This document shows, piece after piece, positions 12,385 to 24,383 of a DNA stretch of 64,000 bases. Origin of the DNA: Podarcis tiliguerta (lineage: Eukaryota). Location of the stretch: NCBI GenBank assembly GCA_965153285.1, contig OZ229122.1; one strand, given 5' to 3'. The notes under the pieces were generated by a model. It did no database searches and was not told the DNA's origin. It saw nothing but the letters and a program-made list of their open reading frames with translations. How positions within the stretch are numbered: the first letter of the stretch is position 1; each line of letters opens with the position of its first letter. The translations under genes were made by a program, and so were the position numbers.

Positions 12385-14500
12385 TGAAGCATACCTGTTA
12401 CTTATGGGCCAATCAGGAATCGACAACTACTGGTTTTTATTTGATCCTTTTAATATAAGGTCCCTCTTTTTGGACAACTTCTGTAGATTGTGACTTGAGA
12501 AGAACTGATTATTTCAAATAGATTTCTCTTATGTTAGGAAATCTTCTGAAATTATACTTTTGGACATTAGATCTAGCCTGTGGGCCTTGAAAGTACCCTA
12601 TGGGGATATTATCAGGTGGTTATACCTAAGAAGCACAAGTGTCCTGTTCAAAATAAGGATTAAGGGACAAATTACTCTGGGACATAGCCTTCTGAAATTT
12701 AGATTTATAGGTCTTCTCACTAGACACAAGCTTGCAATTCCTTGATAAAAAAATTATCCAATTCTTCTGGGAGTTGATTTTATGCAGAGGAACTGTTCCT
12801 CCCATCCAATTTCTATAACAGGCTCCAAAAAAACTGGGCCTGATGACTATTAATAAATCTCAGGTTGGCTATGACTCTTTGTAGCTTAGACCTAGTGGGG
12901 TATATGCAGAAGCAGTTTATGTTCATTAATGGATTCCAGTCTTTCCTTGTTGTAGCTCAAATGTCCTGTAGCACCTCCAGAAACCTTGCTATCGGGACCT
13001 ATTAGTGGCCAAGTGAAGATGGTAATACAATTAGAATGTGTTAAAGTCCTTTCCTCATGCAATAAAGTATGGTGATTAAAACCTGACTTTCCTGGAGAAC
13101 CAATCCATCTGGAGTTCCTACACGAGACCCTTAGGAGCAAAGACCAGAAGCCGATTGCATCCTAGGCATTATCCTACTGGAGAGCCATTAGAGATGGTGC
13201 TGAAGTTGGAATTGGTTAGGGAAGTTTCTTCATTAAAAAACCCCAAGATCCATTCTGAAATTTCAGCCCCAACTATGGACTACCAGTCTTGTTTATCTCT
13301 CCTTAGATGGAATGGGGTGGGGAGCTCATGGGCGGAGATGTTCCCATTCTCACTCCTAACCAGTCCAGTTCCAGGTTTATCAGCCTGGGCTGCTTCTGAT
13401 TCTCTCACAAAATTCATATGGCATCCTTAGTTCTATTAGGGTCACTATGGAATCCAAAACAGCCCTCAGACCTAAAATCTCTTGTGTTATAGAGCACATG
13501 AGGATGTTCTGGCTAGTCTGCACTGATAGATAGCCCATGTATTTCAAAATCATGTAGTTATAACCAGCAGATGCTCTATCTGGATTATCAAGAGCACCAG
13601 AAAAATACTATTGGCATACTGTTTGTCCTGGGAGGGGTAGAATTTAAAGAGTCAGTTAGCAGGTCTGCCAGATTCCGTTTCAGAAACTCTGGGTCTGAGG
13701 GCCAATTGCAGGGAAGATTTTCATGCCAGGACTCTTGTATCTCAGCTCTTAGATGAATCCCTTCGTTTCCCAAATCCATGGCATCAGGATTAATTATATT
13801 TCCCTGAGCTGTAGTTGAAATTTGGCTGCCCATAATGGAGTTTAGATTAAATTGTGAGAGGTTTACTTCTGTCTGTAATTAGTCTCTGTTGGAGCCTCGT
13901 GTGGGCTTTATCTGCTTGCATGTGCAGTGGCTGAGCTTGGGCAGCCAGCACTACAAAATGTCTCATACGTATGACAGCGGTATCTGCTAGCATCTCCTCA
14001 AGCTCGTTTCCCCCTTTTTCCAAGCAAGCAAACAGTCAAGCAAATAAGCTTGTATTTTGTTTGTTGGCAGGCAGTGATAAGCAGTTATGTTAAGTGGTGG
14101 TAGAACAATGAAAAGTTTAAAAGGTTCTAAAGGTTTTCTTAAATCCTTAGAATAAAGTTTAAAACCTCTATAGATAAATGCCAAGAATGCCAAAGAGACA
14201 GCTGCTGAGCCCCCTTTGAAACTGATTTATGATTTTTAGCTCTTTGAAGAATAAAAAACACTAAAAAGAGCCCTGCCCACGATAAATTAGATAGCTGCTC
14301 AGCCATCGACAGTACTAGCACATAAGAAACAATCAAACAAACACCAATTAAACAGTCTGGGATTAAACTGGCCACAATTTTATTGATTACAGATGTAGTA
14401 GGCTTTGGCATGAGATTGGGTATGTATCCTAAATCAACCAGACTGTCTGCTGAACATCCTTCAGGGCTGATTCTAGGTTTAGGGATCATCCTATGATGCA
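12385..14500 (-). mobile_element. Probable degenerate 5' UTR/ORF1 region of a non-LTR retrotransposon (RTE-X-like?)
   Basis: Broken minus-strand frames, including a PISNRY motif resembling the LINE ORF1 'SNRF' motif. No diagnostic catalytic domain. Confidence 0.3.
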
Positions 14501-15462
14501 CCTAAAATGAGGTGATCCTGCCAACATGCCATTAGGGGGCTCTATGCCCCTCCCCCCATGTGGACCAAGAAACAGAACCCTCCCTCTGGACCTCTTTAGC
14601 GGGGACCTGAATTTCATTCCAAATTAGTGGAGTCGAACCTTATGCCTTTTTCTGCTGAAGTTGTGACAATTGTTGTGAGGAAGTCAAAACCCAAAGACTG
14701 GCCCAGTTTGTCTGCATACAAATTCCTTCCTGGCCCTGACTATGGCCACGAATAAACTCCACAGCGAAGCCAAACACACATGCTGCCTGCTCACCTTTGA
14801 GCAACCCGGAGTTGTCTGTCTGCCGTCTGCCCTGCCTGTACCAAGTGGGGCCAGCATTTACACTGGTGAGAGTTCTCCCATCAAAGGCCATGAATGGCCA
14901 ATTCAAACAGAATTGTGTGGGAGATCCAAGGCCAGTGATGATGTCAGCTGGCCATGCGGGTGACGGACCCCCCTCCCCTGGCTCACTGCAGCCTCTCCAG
15001 GACCACAACCTCTGCTGTCCCCCAAGAGGCAAGCAGCATTTTGATGAACATGGGAAAACTGACAAGAGAGGAACTGTGGTAGACTTTTCTGAGGAATCAG
15101 AGGAAGAAACACAAGCCCTCATAAACTGGCAGTCCAGATCTGCCTTCCACTGCCACACCTCCTACCCAGATGCTGAACAGGAAGGAGCAGAGGAGCAGAT
15201 TCCAAGAAGAGGAAGCACCAGAGGGGAGGAGACTGTTGACAAGATGAAGAAGAGACTGATGAGGTTCCAGAGCCAGATGTCAGATGCTCATTGAGACCAA
15301 CGAAGATGTTCCAGCCCCAGGATTGTCCCATCTCACAAGGTCAGTGCAACCCCTAGAACATTCCACCTGGGAGGAGACTGAGCAGATGCCAGCCACTGAA
15401 GCTTGCCTGTGGGGGGAGGATGCACAGGAAGAGATTGATGCACTACGCCAGAACCAGACCAG

Positions 15463-15761
15463 CAGGGGGGCCAACTTGGGCCCCAGGTTATGGGTGCCCA
15501 GCGCGCGTGAAGTGAAATCATGATATCACGCTCCCCGGGGCCTCAGAACCTGAATTCTGGTGACACAGGAAGTCAGGTTCTGAGACCTCGCAAGGCTTCA
15601 GACAGCATCTGTGAGGTCTTGCAAGGCCTCGTACGTGACTTCCAGTGCTTCGCGAGGCACTTGGGAGTTGTGTCGGGGGTCCTGCGATGTGGATCCTGAG
15701 CATGCGCAACAAAATCTGTGGGCGCTCAGGCCCCCAGGACCCCCTAGAGATGACGCCCCTG
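15463..15761. mobile_element. hAT-type MITE
   Basis: Termini CAGGGG...CCCCTG; 8-bp TSD CAGACCAG (15455-15462 and 15762-15769); internal inverted repeat CTCAGAACCTGA/TCAGGTTCTGAG. Confidence 0.85.
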
Positions 15762-15774
15762 CAGACCAGTATAT

Positions 15775-16560
15775 ATTTAAAAACAAACGGATAATTACAG
15801 TAAAAGCAGCACAGCACCAGCCCTTCCATTAAAAGCAGTCAGTTCCAAAAAGCATGTTGGAACAAGATGGTATTCACCTGCTGGTCGGACGACAGCAAAG
15901 AGGGAGCCAGTCTGGCTTCTCTGGGGAGGGAGTTCCAAAGTTGTCTGGGAGCAGCCACCACCAAGAAGGCCCTTCCTTGTGTCCCCACCAAGCATGCCTG
16001 TGAAGGCGGCAGAATCGAAAGAAGGGCCTCCCCTGAAGATCTGAAAATGTGGCAGGGTTCACATGAGGGAATACAGTCTTTCAGATAGTTTGGACCTAAT
16101 TTGTGTAGGGGTCATAGGTCATATCTAGTACTTTCAATTTCTGCTGCAAACAGACAGGTAGCCAGTGGGGCTGATGTAACAAAGGAGTCGTGCCCTCCCT
16201 GTAACCAGCAATCTTGTTGTTTAGTCGTTCAGTCGTGTCCGACTCTTCGTGAACAAAACCATAGATGTTTCTGAGTGCTTTTCTAAGGCAGCCACATGTA
16301 GATTATATTGCAGCAATCCAGAGCCAACTCTGACAAACTGAATCCAGAAAAAAGCTGTGAAACTGTTCTTTTGTGTGTGTGTGGCAGCTGGGAGTGATCT
16401 CTTCCACCAAACATGAGAGTCACCAGACCCATTCAGCCTCTGTTCAACTTGCCCATTATTGAATCCAGGGATCAATCCAGCACTTGCACAACTTCACCTG
16501 ATTCAGGCGGTGAAAGGATAGATGGATGGATAAATGAACTGGATATTATCAGCATCCTGA
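15775..16560 (-). mobile_element. L2 LINE 3' fragment (older subfamily)
   Basis: Degenerate RAF...APRLWN-type and YCN-LY-like motifs; 3' region shared with 36750-36870. Confidence 0.75.
16214..16252 (-). mobile_element. BovB (RTE) LINE 3' terminus mini-fragment
   Basis: Reverse complement TCACGAAGAGTCGGACACGACTGAACGACTAAACAACAA is the BovB-type 3' end with a (CAA)n tail. Confidence 0.8.
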
Positions 16561-17732
16561 GGACACTTTGCTCACCCACTGGTTTCATGGCATTATTAAA
16601 GAGAATTCCACATAATGTACACAGTTTGAAGTGGTGCAGTCAAGAAAGAAGCCAAAGCAATCATTTCCCTAGGTATTATGAATGGCTCCCAAGTGTGCAT
16701 CATTAAAATCAATGTTAACTATGCAATTGTTGCAAAGGGTTTTAAAAATTAAAAGCAATTCCACAAAGCTACATATACAGGCTTTCTTCCAGCCCTGACG
16801 TGATGGGAAATGTTTTTAAGGATGAGATGCAGGAAACTAGCAATTTCTCAAAAGCCTCCCCCCGCTGCAAGTCAGTCAAGAGTTCAAACGGTAATAAGCT
16901 ATTGTGACAGAATTGCCACAACTCAGTCTAAGTGGAAGAACAGGAAGCTTCATTCTGAAAAGGAGCTTCAGAGCTAAGTGGACAATTACACTGAAAGGGG
17001 CTGGTCCTTTCCAATGATATTTAAAGATTATTGCCAAAGAAGCATTCTCTTCTTGCTATACATCTATACAATTTCTCTCTTTCTTGTAAGCAGATAATTG
17101 GGACTAGATGGATACCGCTTTTTGATCTTTGGAAAAAGATTGTCACAAATGTTCTTTAACATACCCTTTGTGGTTTAAATAGATTTACTATTTTGAGACC
17201 TCCTCGGAAGTTTCTTTCATCATTATTCTTTGGTTGGATTTGAAAGAGTGACGTACCTCTGTTGTGCCAAAGATTTTGTTTGCCAAAGGCAGGGGTTCTT
17301 TTGGATTTGAGATCAGTAAGCGCACTTACGGGCAAAGCTTTTGTCAGCTTCCATGTGCACAATACACAAGCACAGAGCTTACTCAGAGCAGGCAAGGCAA
17401 GCTACTGAAGCCCATGCCAGGGTGCTTTGTTCTCATGTTCCATTTCCTACCAGAGAAGCCTCAGACAGGACAGACAGTGACTGCCCCCAAATCCCCGCTT
17501 GGAGCTGGCAGATACATAGCACCCTCTCAAGGTCTCCTGGTCTGTCCTGGGTTCTCTCCAACAGCAACTCCAGCTCTCATAATGATAACATGTATCCTGG
17601 TAAGTCAGCTAACAGGTGTATTATGCCCCATGAGCCAGGCCTCCAGGGTCAAAGGGACAGGACAGGTCATGAGAGTGTAGCTGCCACTCAAGGCCACATC
17701 CCATGACTGCAGCCAGCTGGTTTCCAGGAGAT

Positions 17733-20040
17733 TGTCAACTGAGGAGGGGGTTGTTCATCAACTTGGGGGTTATCAACTTTTTGATTCATCTACTGTGCAT
17801 TCCAGTTATTAGTGTTGGGTCCAGCAAAGTATAATCAAACCTTTCAGGACTCAACCCTACACTATTATAATTGCTAAGCCCAGACATTGAGGGGCTATTG
17901 CTGTGCATCATTCCTCACAATACAAAGGTCTGCTATGAGGTCTTCTGCATGTTGAATGGGTGGCAGTATAACAGGGCCAGTGTAACAGAGAGGCTCCAGT
18001 CAGGTACTTTTGTGGGAGCATGGGGATCCACCCAACTCCAGGCTTGTCCCTGGGAGGTTTGCTGAAGGATGGGGCGATGGAGGCTGGGACAAGAGAGGGC
18101 TGGAGCCAGGCAGGGTGTCCTGAGGGCAACCTCTTGTCTCCCCGTTGCTTTCTTGGTGGTCCTCATGTCTCCTAGGCATCTTCAGGGCATCCTGCCTACT
18201 CCAAGGAAGCTTACTGAGTCGCATGAGTGGGTCTGAGGCAGGAAGCAGCAGTCATGTGGAGCAGTGAAGCTGCTGCTGAGTCACGCAACCTGACAAGTCT
18301 CCCTTCAGGGATCCTTGAACAGAAAAGGTTTCGACCTGTGCAGAAGCAGCACAACTTTTTGTTTTATTTTTAGGGATCCTGGCAGCACCTTCAAGGAGAC
18401 ATGCCAGACCAAGTCACCTCTGCTTGTGGAAATTAAAGGAATTGTTTTTTCATAGTGAGATCAAGCCTCTACATGTTGCTTTACCCCTCTAAGCACTGGC
18501 TGGAATTCACAGTCACACTTTCACACCCTCCGTCTGCCTTTGAACCGCATACCCCAGGAAGAGTGGTGAGTCTCCACAGACAACCACTCAGCCCCTGAGG
18601 CCTTTTCTGTTGCCCTTGCTATCCTCCTTCCCAGCAGCTAGCTGCAGGCACAACACCCTCATACTTGAAATTAAATGCAGTTTTTACATTAAAACTGGGT
18701 TGGCTTGTCCTTGACTTCTCTTCTTTTAAATTTGTATTTGTTATGGCCCCTGCTGTTTCCAGCAGATCCAGCTTCTTTTTTAAAGAGGCAAGAAAAGAAG
18801 TTGTATCAATGTTCAGTTGCATCTGCACCTTGGCTATACATAAAACTCTTTCACAGCAGACATTAATGTTAGACACAGGAAAGGGCGAAATAGACCGATT
18901 TTTCCATTTGGTTGCTACTTCTCTCCGTCATTTATCTGCAAACCTCCAAATATCTCTGATATTTTTCTGTTCTTCCTTGTAGTCTGGATCTGGCAGGTCC
19001 CTGAGACAAACTGGGCCTACTGTATTCAGAGAAATCTGGGCATTGGACAAGTTGGGTAAAGGCAGCCATGGATTGCTATAGGTCAGGCTGGATATATACC
19101 TGTCTGTCATGGGGTGGGGCATCAGGCAGCAAAGAGAAGCCCCCCACAACTCTCCTTCCTGCTTGTTTCAGGGTGTGCATCTGAATAGAAGACTCAGGAT
19201 CAGCCCCTCTGCTGAACAGCTGCTCGTTTTAATGTTCAGCAGAGGGGCTGATCCTGCTTGCCACAGGGCAGTCGGAGAAGCCGTTTGCAAAGGAGCACAC
19301 ACAGTATTAGCTCCGCTGCTCTCAGAACAACCTCTCTTTCCCCTGCCCCCTGTTGGCTGTATGTCTAAGTAGGGTTCATTTAAAAACCAAGACAGGACAG
19401 TGTCCCCAGGCGAGCCTAGGGTGGGTTGCCCTAATTCTGGATCCCTGGGTCATGACCATGGGGTGGGCATCATACAGTTTTTCAGTGTAACTCTTGCTGC
19501 AGAAGGCTGGAGCAATTGTGAAGTGGGGGGTCGTTTGTCACTTCGTTGTCAAAAGCTTTTTTGTGACCTTTCAACGTACCATGGCAACATCTTATTTGCT
19601 TCATCTCTGAATTATATTATGCCAGTTGGAGACACATCCCTCAAAGTGTCTGTTTCTGACCTACTATCCAAATCTAGTGTCTGAAAAATACCACCACGTT
19701 GTGCTTAACAAGATATTCCACACTGAATGCTCCCCACACAACCTCCACACAGTCTTCTTCCCCTCGGTTAATAAGTAGACACTCAATGCTGTGCTCTGTC
19801 AAAAAGCTCACCCTGGCCAGCACTGTCACCTGTGTTGAAGAGCAGGTGGAAGTGAGAGCCACCTTGCTGGTCTATGCTGAAGCACGTATTTGTATTCCAT
19901 TCCTACAAACCGGGTACTACTTTCTTGGCCAAGGAGGAAAACTCACTGAAGACAGATGCTTCTTCATCAAAACTCAAAACTGTGGATTACATGGCTTTTG
20001 CATCTCCCCTTTAATCCACTGAACTGTGCTTCCCAGAACT
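17733..20040 (-). mobile_element. Degenerate Ty3/Gypsy-like LTR retrotransposon remnant (internal region plus 3' LTR)
   Basis: On the minus strand a polypurine tract GAAGGGAGA-CT precedes TGTCAGG at 18295, with a GDLVW integrase-tail-like motif just upstream. Outer boundaries uncertain. Confidence 0.4.
19195..19256. repeat. Perfect 24-bp inverted repeat with 14-nt loop
   Basis: CAGGATCAGCCCCTCTGCTGAACA (19195-19218) and its exact reverse complement (19233-19256). Confidence 0.95.
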
Positions 20041-20714
20041 TACAGGGCCACATTTGTCATGCAATTCTGAAATAATTCTCCTGTAGAGTGTTGGAGTTAC
20101 ACATTGCCAACTAAATAAATAAATAAGTTGCCTAGTAGCACCTTATAGACCAGCTAAGTTTGTTCTGGTAAAAGCTTTCGTGTGTCTCCTCATCAAACTC
20201 AAGCAAGCCATGCTTTCCCCTCTGTCACAGTCAAGTAGCATGGCTTTATAGAGCCTTAAATGCAATTGAACAAAACCTGCATCATCCAGGACCTTAAACA
20301 AATGTTCTAGTGATTTGGGTGCCAAAATGTTTTCTGTTATGCTGGATCCATTTACCCATCCACAATACTCCCCCCCCCCTTCTGATTCCCCCCAGCCTTT
20401 CCAAGACTTTCTTTTTGCAATTTCAGAATCAGGCAATATTAAATATTTTTTTCTTGGCATGCATAACATTTAAATGGTGGAAAATACTGTGCTAAACCTG
20501 CTCTGCTTCAGCTAATGTCATAATTTTCTTGGAATGTCTCTATGGATTAAAAAAGGGATATATTTGTGGCATTTTTTTCTATTGTGTGTAAAACACTGTT
20601 TTATGCTTTATGCTTTTCTGCCTCATATTTAACTGAAAACCCTTGGCAGTATAGAATGAATTCTGTTGCAACTGTGTGAAGCCAATTTTTGAATGAATCT
20701 TCCTTGTAACACAC

Positions 20715-21155
20715 TGTCAGGGAACTGCCATCAGTGCCGGAGGGAGAGAGCAAAAGCCAGAGGGGATTCCAGAGAGTGTCCAGGGATCGGGAGAAGCAGC
20801 CCATCTTCTGGGGAAGAGAATCAGCGTAGCACCAGTGGAGAAGGGGGGGGGGGCAGATGGGGGAAGCAGCGAGGCGGTCCCATGACTCCTTGCCGGGGAC
20901 CAGCGGGGAGAGTAGGGGTCCTCCGCTGCCCACGCCCTCCTTGCGCAGAAGGCTTTCGCACAGAGAGAGAAGGAGGAGACTAGGCGTCAAAGAGCTTCTT
21001 TGCTGGAAAAAGTTTAAGAAACGCCCACTGACGGATTCTGCCAGCGATTGAGACAGCCATGGGTGAGTGGCTGTCCGGACAGAAAAGGTTCACTCAGGCA
21101 ACCCAGCCAGGTGTTTGCACCGGCTTACGCACGAGCAACCCCCAGAACCATTACA
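20715..21155 (+). mobile_element. Solo LTR (Gypsy-like) with 5-bp TSD
   Basis: TGTCAGG...ATTACA termini; TSD CACAC at 20710-20714 and 21156-21160. Confidence 0.8.
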
Positions 21156-22695
21156 CACACAAATACCCCCCCCCCTTTTTTTTACTGTGTCATTGCCTAA
21201 CACCACTACCACTGTCTGTTATGGATTTTTGTTTTTGAAAGAATAATTGCATGCCAAGAATACTGTAGAGGCCTTCTCCGCTCGTGTCCTTCTATTCCCA
21301 AGGGCCTCTTATTTCTCAGTGTCGTCCCCTCCTTCACCCCCATTAAACAACAGGCTGCAATCTTAGATTTGGTGCACCCAATCTTCCCATTTTCTTTGCC
21401 TCTTGTACGTAATACATTAAGTTTAGCATGTGGTTTTTTCCTTTGCCATAAAACCTGGATAAATCTTTTTGCCATTGTTTGACTGGCAAGTCATCTGGAA
21501 CAAAGACATCATTCCAGGCAATATATTCATCTTTTTACATTCTCAAAAAGGCCAATTATACAGACTTAGGAAATGTGGTAACACGTGTTATTATCAGGTG
21601 GGACTGAATGTACTTACATTGCCCTTTTTTCATTTCCTTTTTGTTTTCCACACTGCACTGTGACCCATGAAGTTGTTTCAGTTCTAGTCTTGTTTACATT
21701 TTTTGTTATTAGTTATAATACTGTTTCTGATATTCAGTGTCTCTTTTTATGTTTCATATAAAAGCTGCGCAAAATAAAAACAAAATGAAAAGCAAAGAAT
21801 AGAATATTTTGCAACCCTCCCACAAAAATATGGAAATGGATATTTAGAACTACGATTCAAAATAAGATACACCTGACCACTGGGTCTGTGGATCTGTTGA
21901 GTTGGTCTGTGACACCTCCATTTCACAAGATTAAATTTAATATTAAATTAAATATCTATTTAATATTAAAATAGTAAGTTTCAGCACATAGTTGAATTGA
22001 GGAGAGCAGGCGGGAGTACTAGTTAAATGTCGGGCCAGTTCCTCATTTTCCCATTTGACAAGGCGCATGAGACCTTTGGACGTTGGGCTTCAGTCTCCTC
22101 TTCTCTGAGAAGCCAAGGGCAAAGCCACTTCTGACATTGTGGGTGGAGAAAGGAGTTGCTCTTTACATCATTGTATTACCTAACCTCAATGAAAGGTTCC
22201 AGAGCAAATTTGTCCACTGGGCTGATTATCCCAAGGTTGCTGCTACTCCCCAGGGCAGCTGAAGGAATCTGACCTTATCTGCTCCACACAGACAGATCTG
22301 AACTATCAAGCAGGTTTAGCTAAATGTTATGACTGATTCTGTGTTTACTGTCCAGCCAAACTTAGCAAGAACAAAGCCTGGTGCCATTTTCACACTTGTT
22401 TTTTAAATACAGACCTAATTGGCAGTTTTATGCTTTGTACTAGCTCAAAACTGTAATAGAAATTTTCTTATTTAAATTTGTGTGCCGTTGTCAGTCGTTT
22501 ATGCCCATTAGGGTGGTAGCATGCAGAGAATATTTGAGAACAAACTGACAATTGCCGAGTTCACCATGTAAGTTCCACATAAATATATTAATTGGTAGAA
22601 TTCAGTCTATTAGTTCCATAAATAAAGTCGGAATATATGCAATTAAACCTTTGCTTTGGTTCAGTAGATCCATGCTGCTTTTTGTGCCTTAGCTT

Positions 22696-23406
22696 TGTAG
22701 CAGGAACCCCCCCCCCCCATCATTCAGTTTGTACAGACTTCACACACACTCACACTCACACACTACATACGCTACACTTCTGTTATAAATTCATAGAAAA
22801 TCAACCATACATCAGATTTGCACTGTTCCACTTTTATTTTACTCCATGAAGGAAGGACTACAAAATGGGGAAGGTTTGATACAGGCCACCATAATCCCTT
22901 GAGCATAGGAGCATATCCATAGGAGCCCTGCCCAGTTGCTATGCCAACCCTGATGGTCCCAGACAGAAGTCAATAAAAAAACACAACAGACTGCATACAG
23001 GAGTGGATTCAACAAAAGAACAGTGATTGGATTTCCCCTCAGGGGGCAGGAAACTGCAATCTCCCCTTTGTCACCTGGAAAGTACTCATGGGGAGGGGAG
23101 AAAGGAGGAACCAGCCAGGTGACAGCCAGGTTACCACCACAACTCCTCCCTCAACCCCTCCTTTCTGTAATGTATGCATGATGTTTCTGGGGGTGGGCTT
23201 GACCTAGAGGAGGGGAATTTCAAAAGTTTTTATAAGGTCTTGCACACCATTGTTCTGGGTCTTTCCTCTCTCCTGCGAGTGAGGGGAACACCCTGCTGCA
23301 ACAGTACAATAAAGGCCAAGCCTACAGGCTGCTGATTTGCTCCAATTCACTCTGGTTGGTGTCTTTACTTTTTGTCCAAGGGAGCCCTCGGATTTTTCCG
23401 GCAACA
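22696..23406 (+). mobile_element. Solo ERV LTR (class I-like, 4-bp TSD)
   Basis: Imperfect terminal IR TGTAGCAGGAA...TTCCGGCAACA; TSD GCTT on both sides; TATAA at ~23230; AATAAA at ~23309. Confidence 0.8.
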
Positions 23407-24130
23407 GCTTAAACCTTGCCAATTAGCTCAAACACCATTTGAGCCATTAAGAAATAACAAGGCAGAGGGACAGATTAGATTAACAACACAAGTTTATGCA
23501 CTCAGCTAGGTAGGTCCTTGGAGAGACTTCAAGAGTCCTGCAAAAGACAATGGCAGCTGCCTTGTTGAGGCAAGTTTGTGGTTAAGATGTGGTTTTATAA
23601 ACTGAAATGTTTTGTTCTAATTCAGTTGCCTTCTAAAGTTTTCTCATAACTAAAAGCTTTTCATTCTGTCACTCCAGCACTAGGAGGATGTTGTATAGGT
23701 GTTTGTTACATAAAAGTTAGGTTTTCGCTATGTGCCACATTGTACTGTACTGTACTTAAAAAAGATAGAGTTGTATATCTGTTTATTGGTGCATGTTTGG
23801 ACAACTGCAGCATTAAGTGAATATTTTAATCTGTGAATGAGATCACAAAATATACATAGCAGGTGAAGATCTCAATCTTTCCTATAGAGTCAAAGCATTG
23901 TTATGAAGCACCCCTTTTGCTGTAGTTGCATGGGGGGGGGGCTCTGTTGGCAGGGAGAGGCAAAGAGAGAGTGAGATTCATTGTGTTTGTCAGACTACTG
24001 TACATGCCAAGTAAGCTAAGCAGCAACACCTCCTTGCAAATCCATAAATTGTCTCCTTCCTCTGTAAAAATCTGCCATTCTCACATATCACATGTAAATG
24101 TAAAAACAATAGCATCGATTCCTTCAGTAG

Positions 24131-24383
24131 AGAGCCAGTGTGGTGTAGTGGTTAAGAGCGGTGGACTTGTAATCTGGTGAACCAGGTTCTCATCCCCGCT
24201 CCTCCACATGCAGCAGCTGGATGACCTTGGGCCAGTCACACTTCTCTGAAGTCTCTCAGCCCCACTCACCTCACAGAGTGTTTGTTGTGGGGGAGGAAGG
24301 GAAAGGAGAATGTTAGCCTCTTTGAGACTCTTTCGGGTAGTGATAAAGCGGGATATCAAATCCAAACTCTTCTTCTTCTTCTT
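24131..24383 (+). mobile_element. Squam3-type tRNA-derived SINE, full length
   Basis: GAGCCAGTGTGGTGTAGTGGTTAAGAGC head, L2-like tail, (CTT)n end; TSD CTTCAGTAG (24122-24130 and 24384-24392). Confidence 0.88.
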
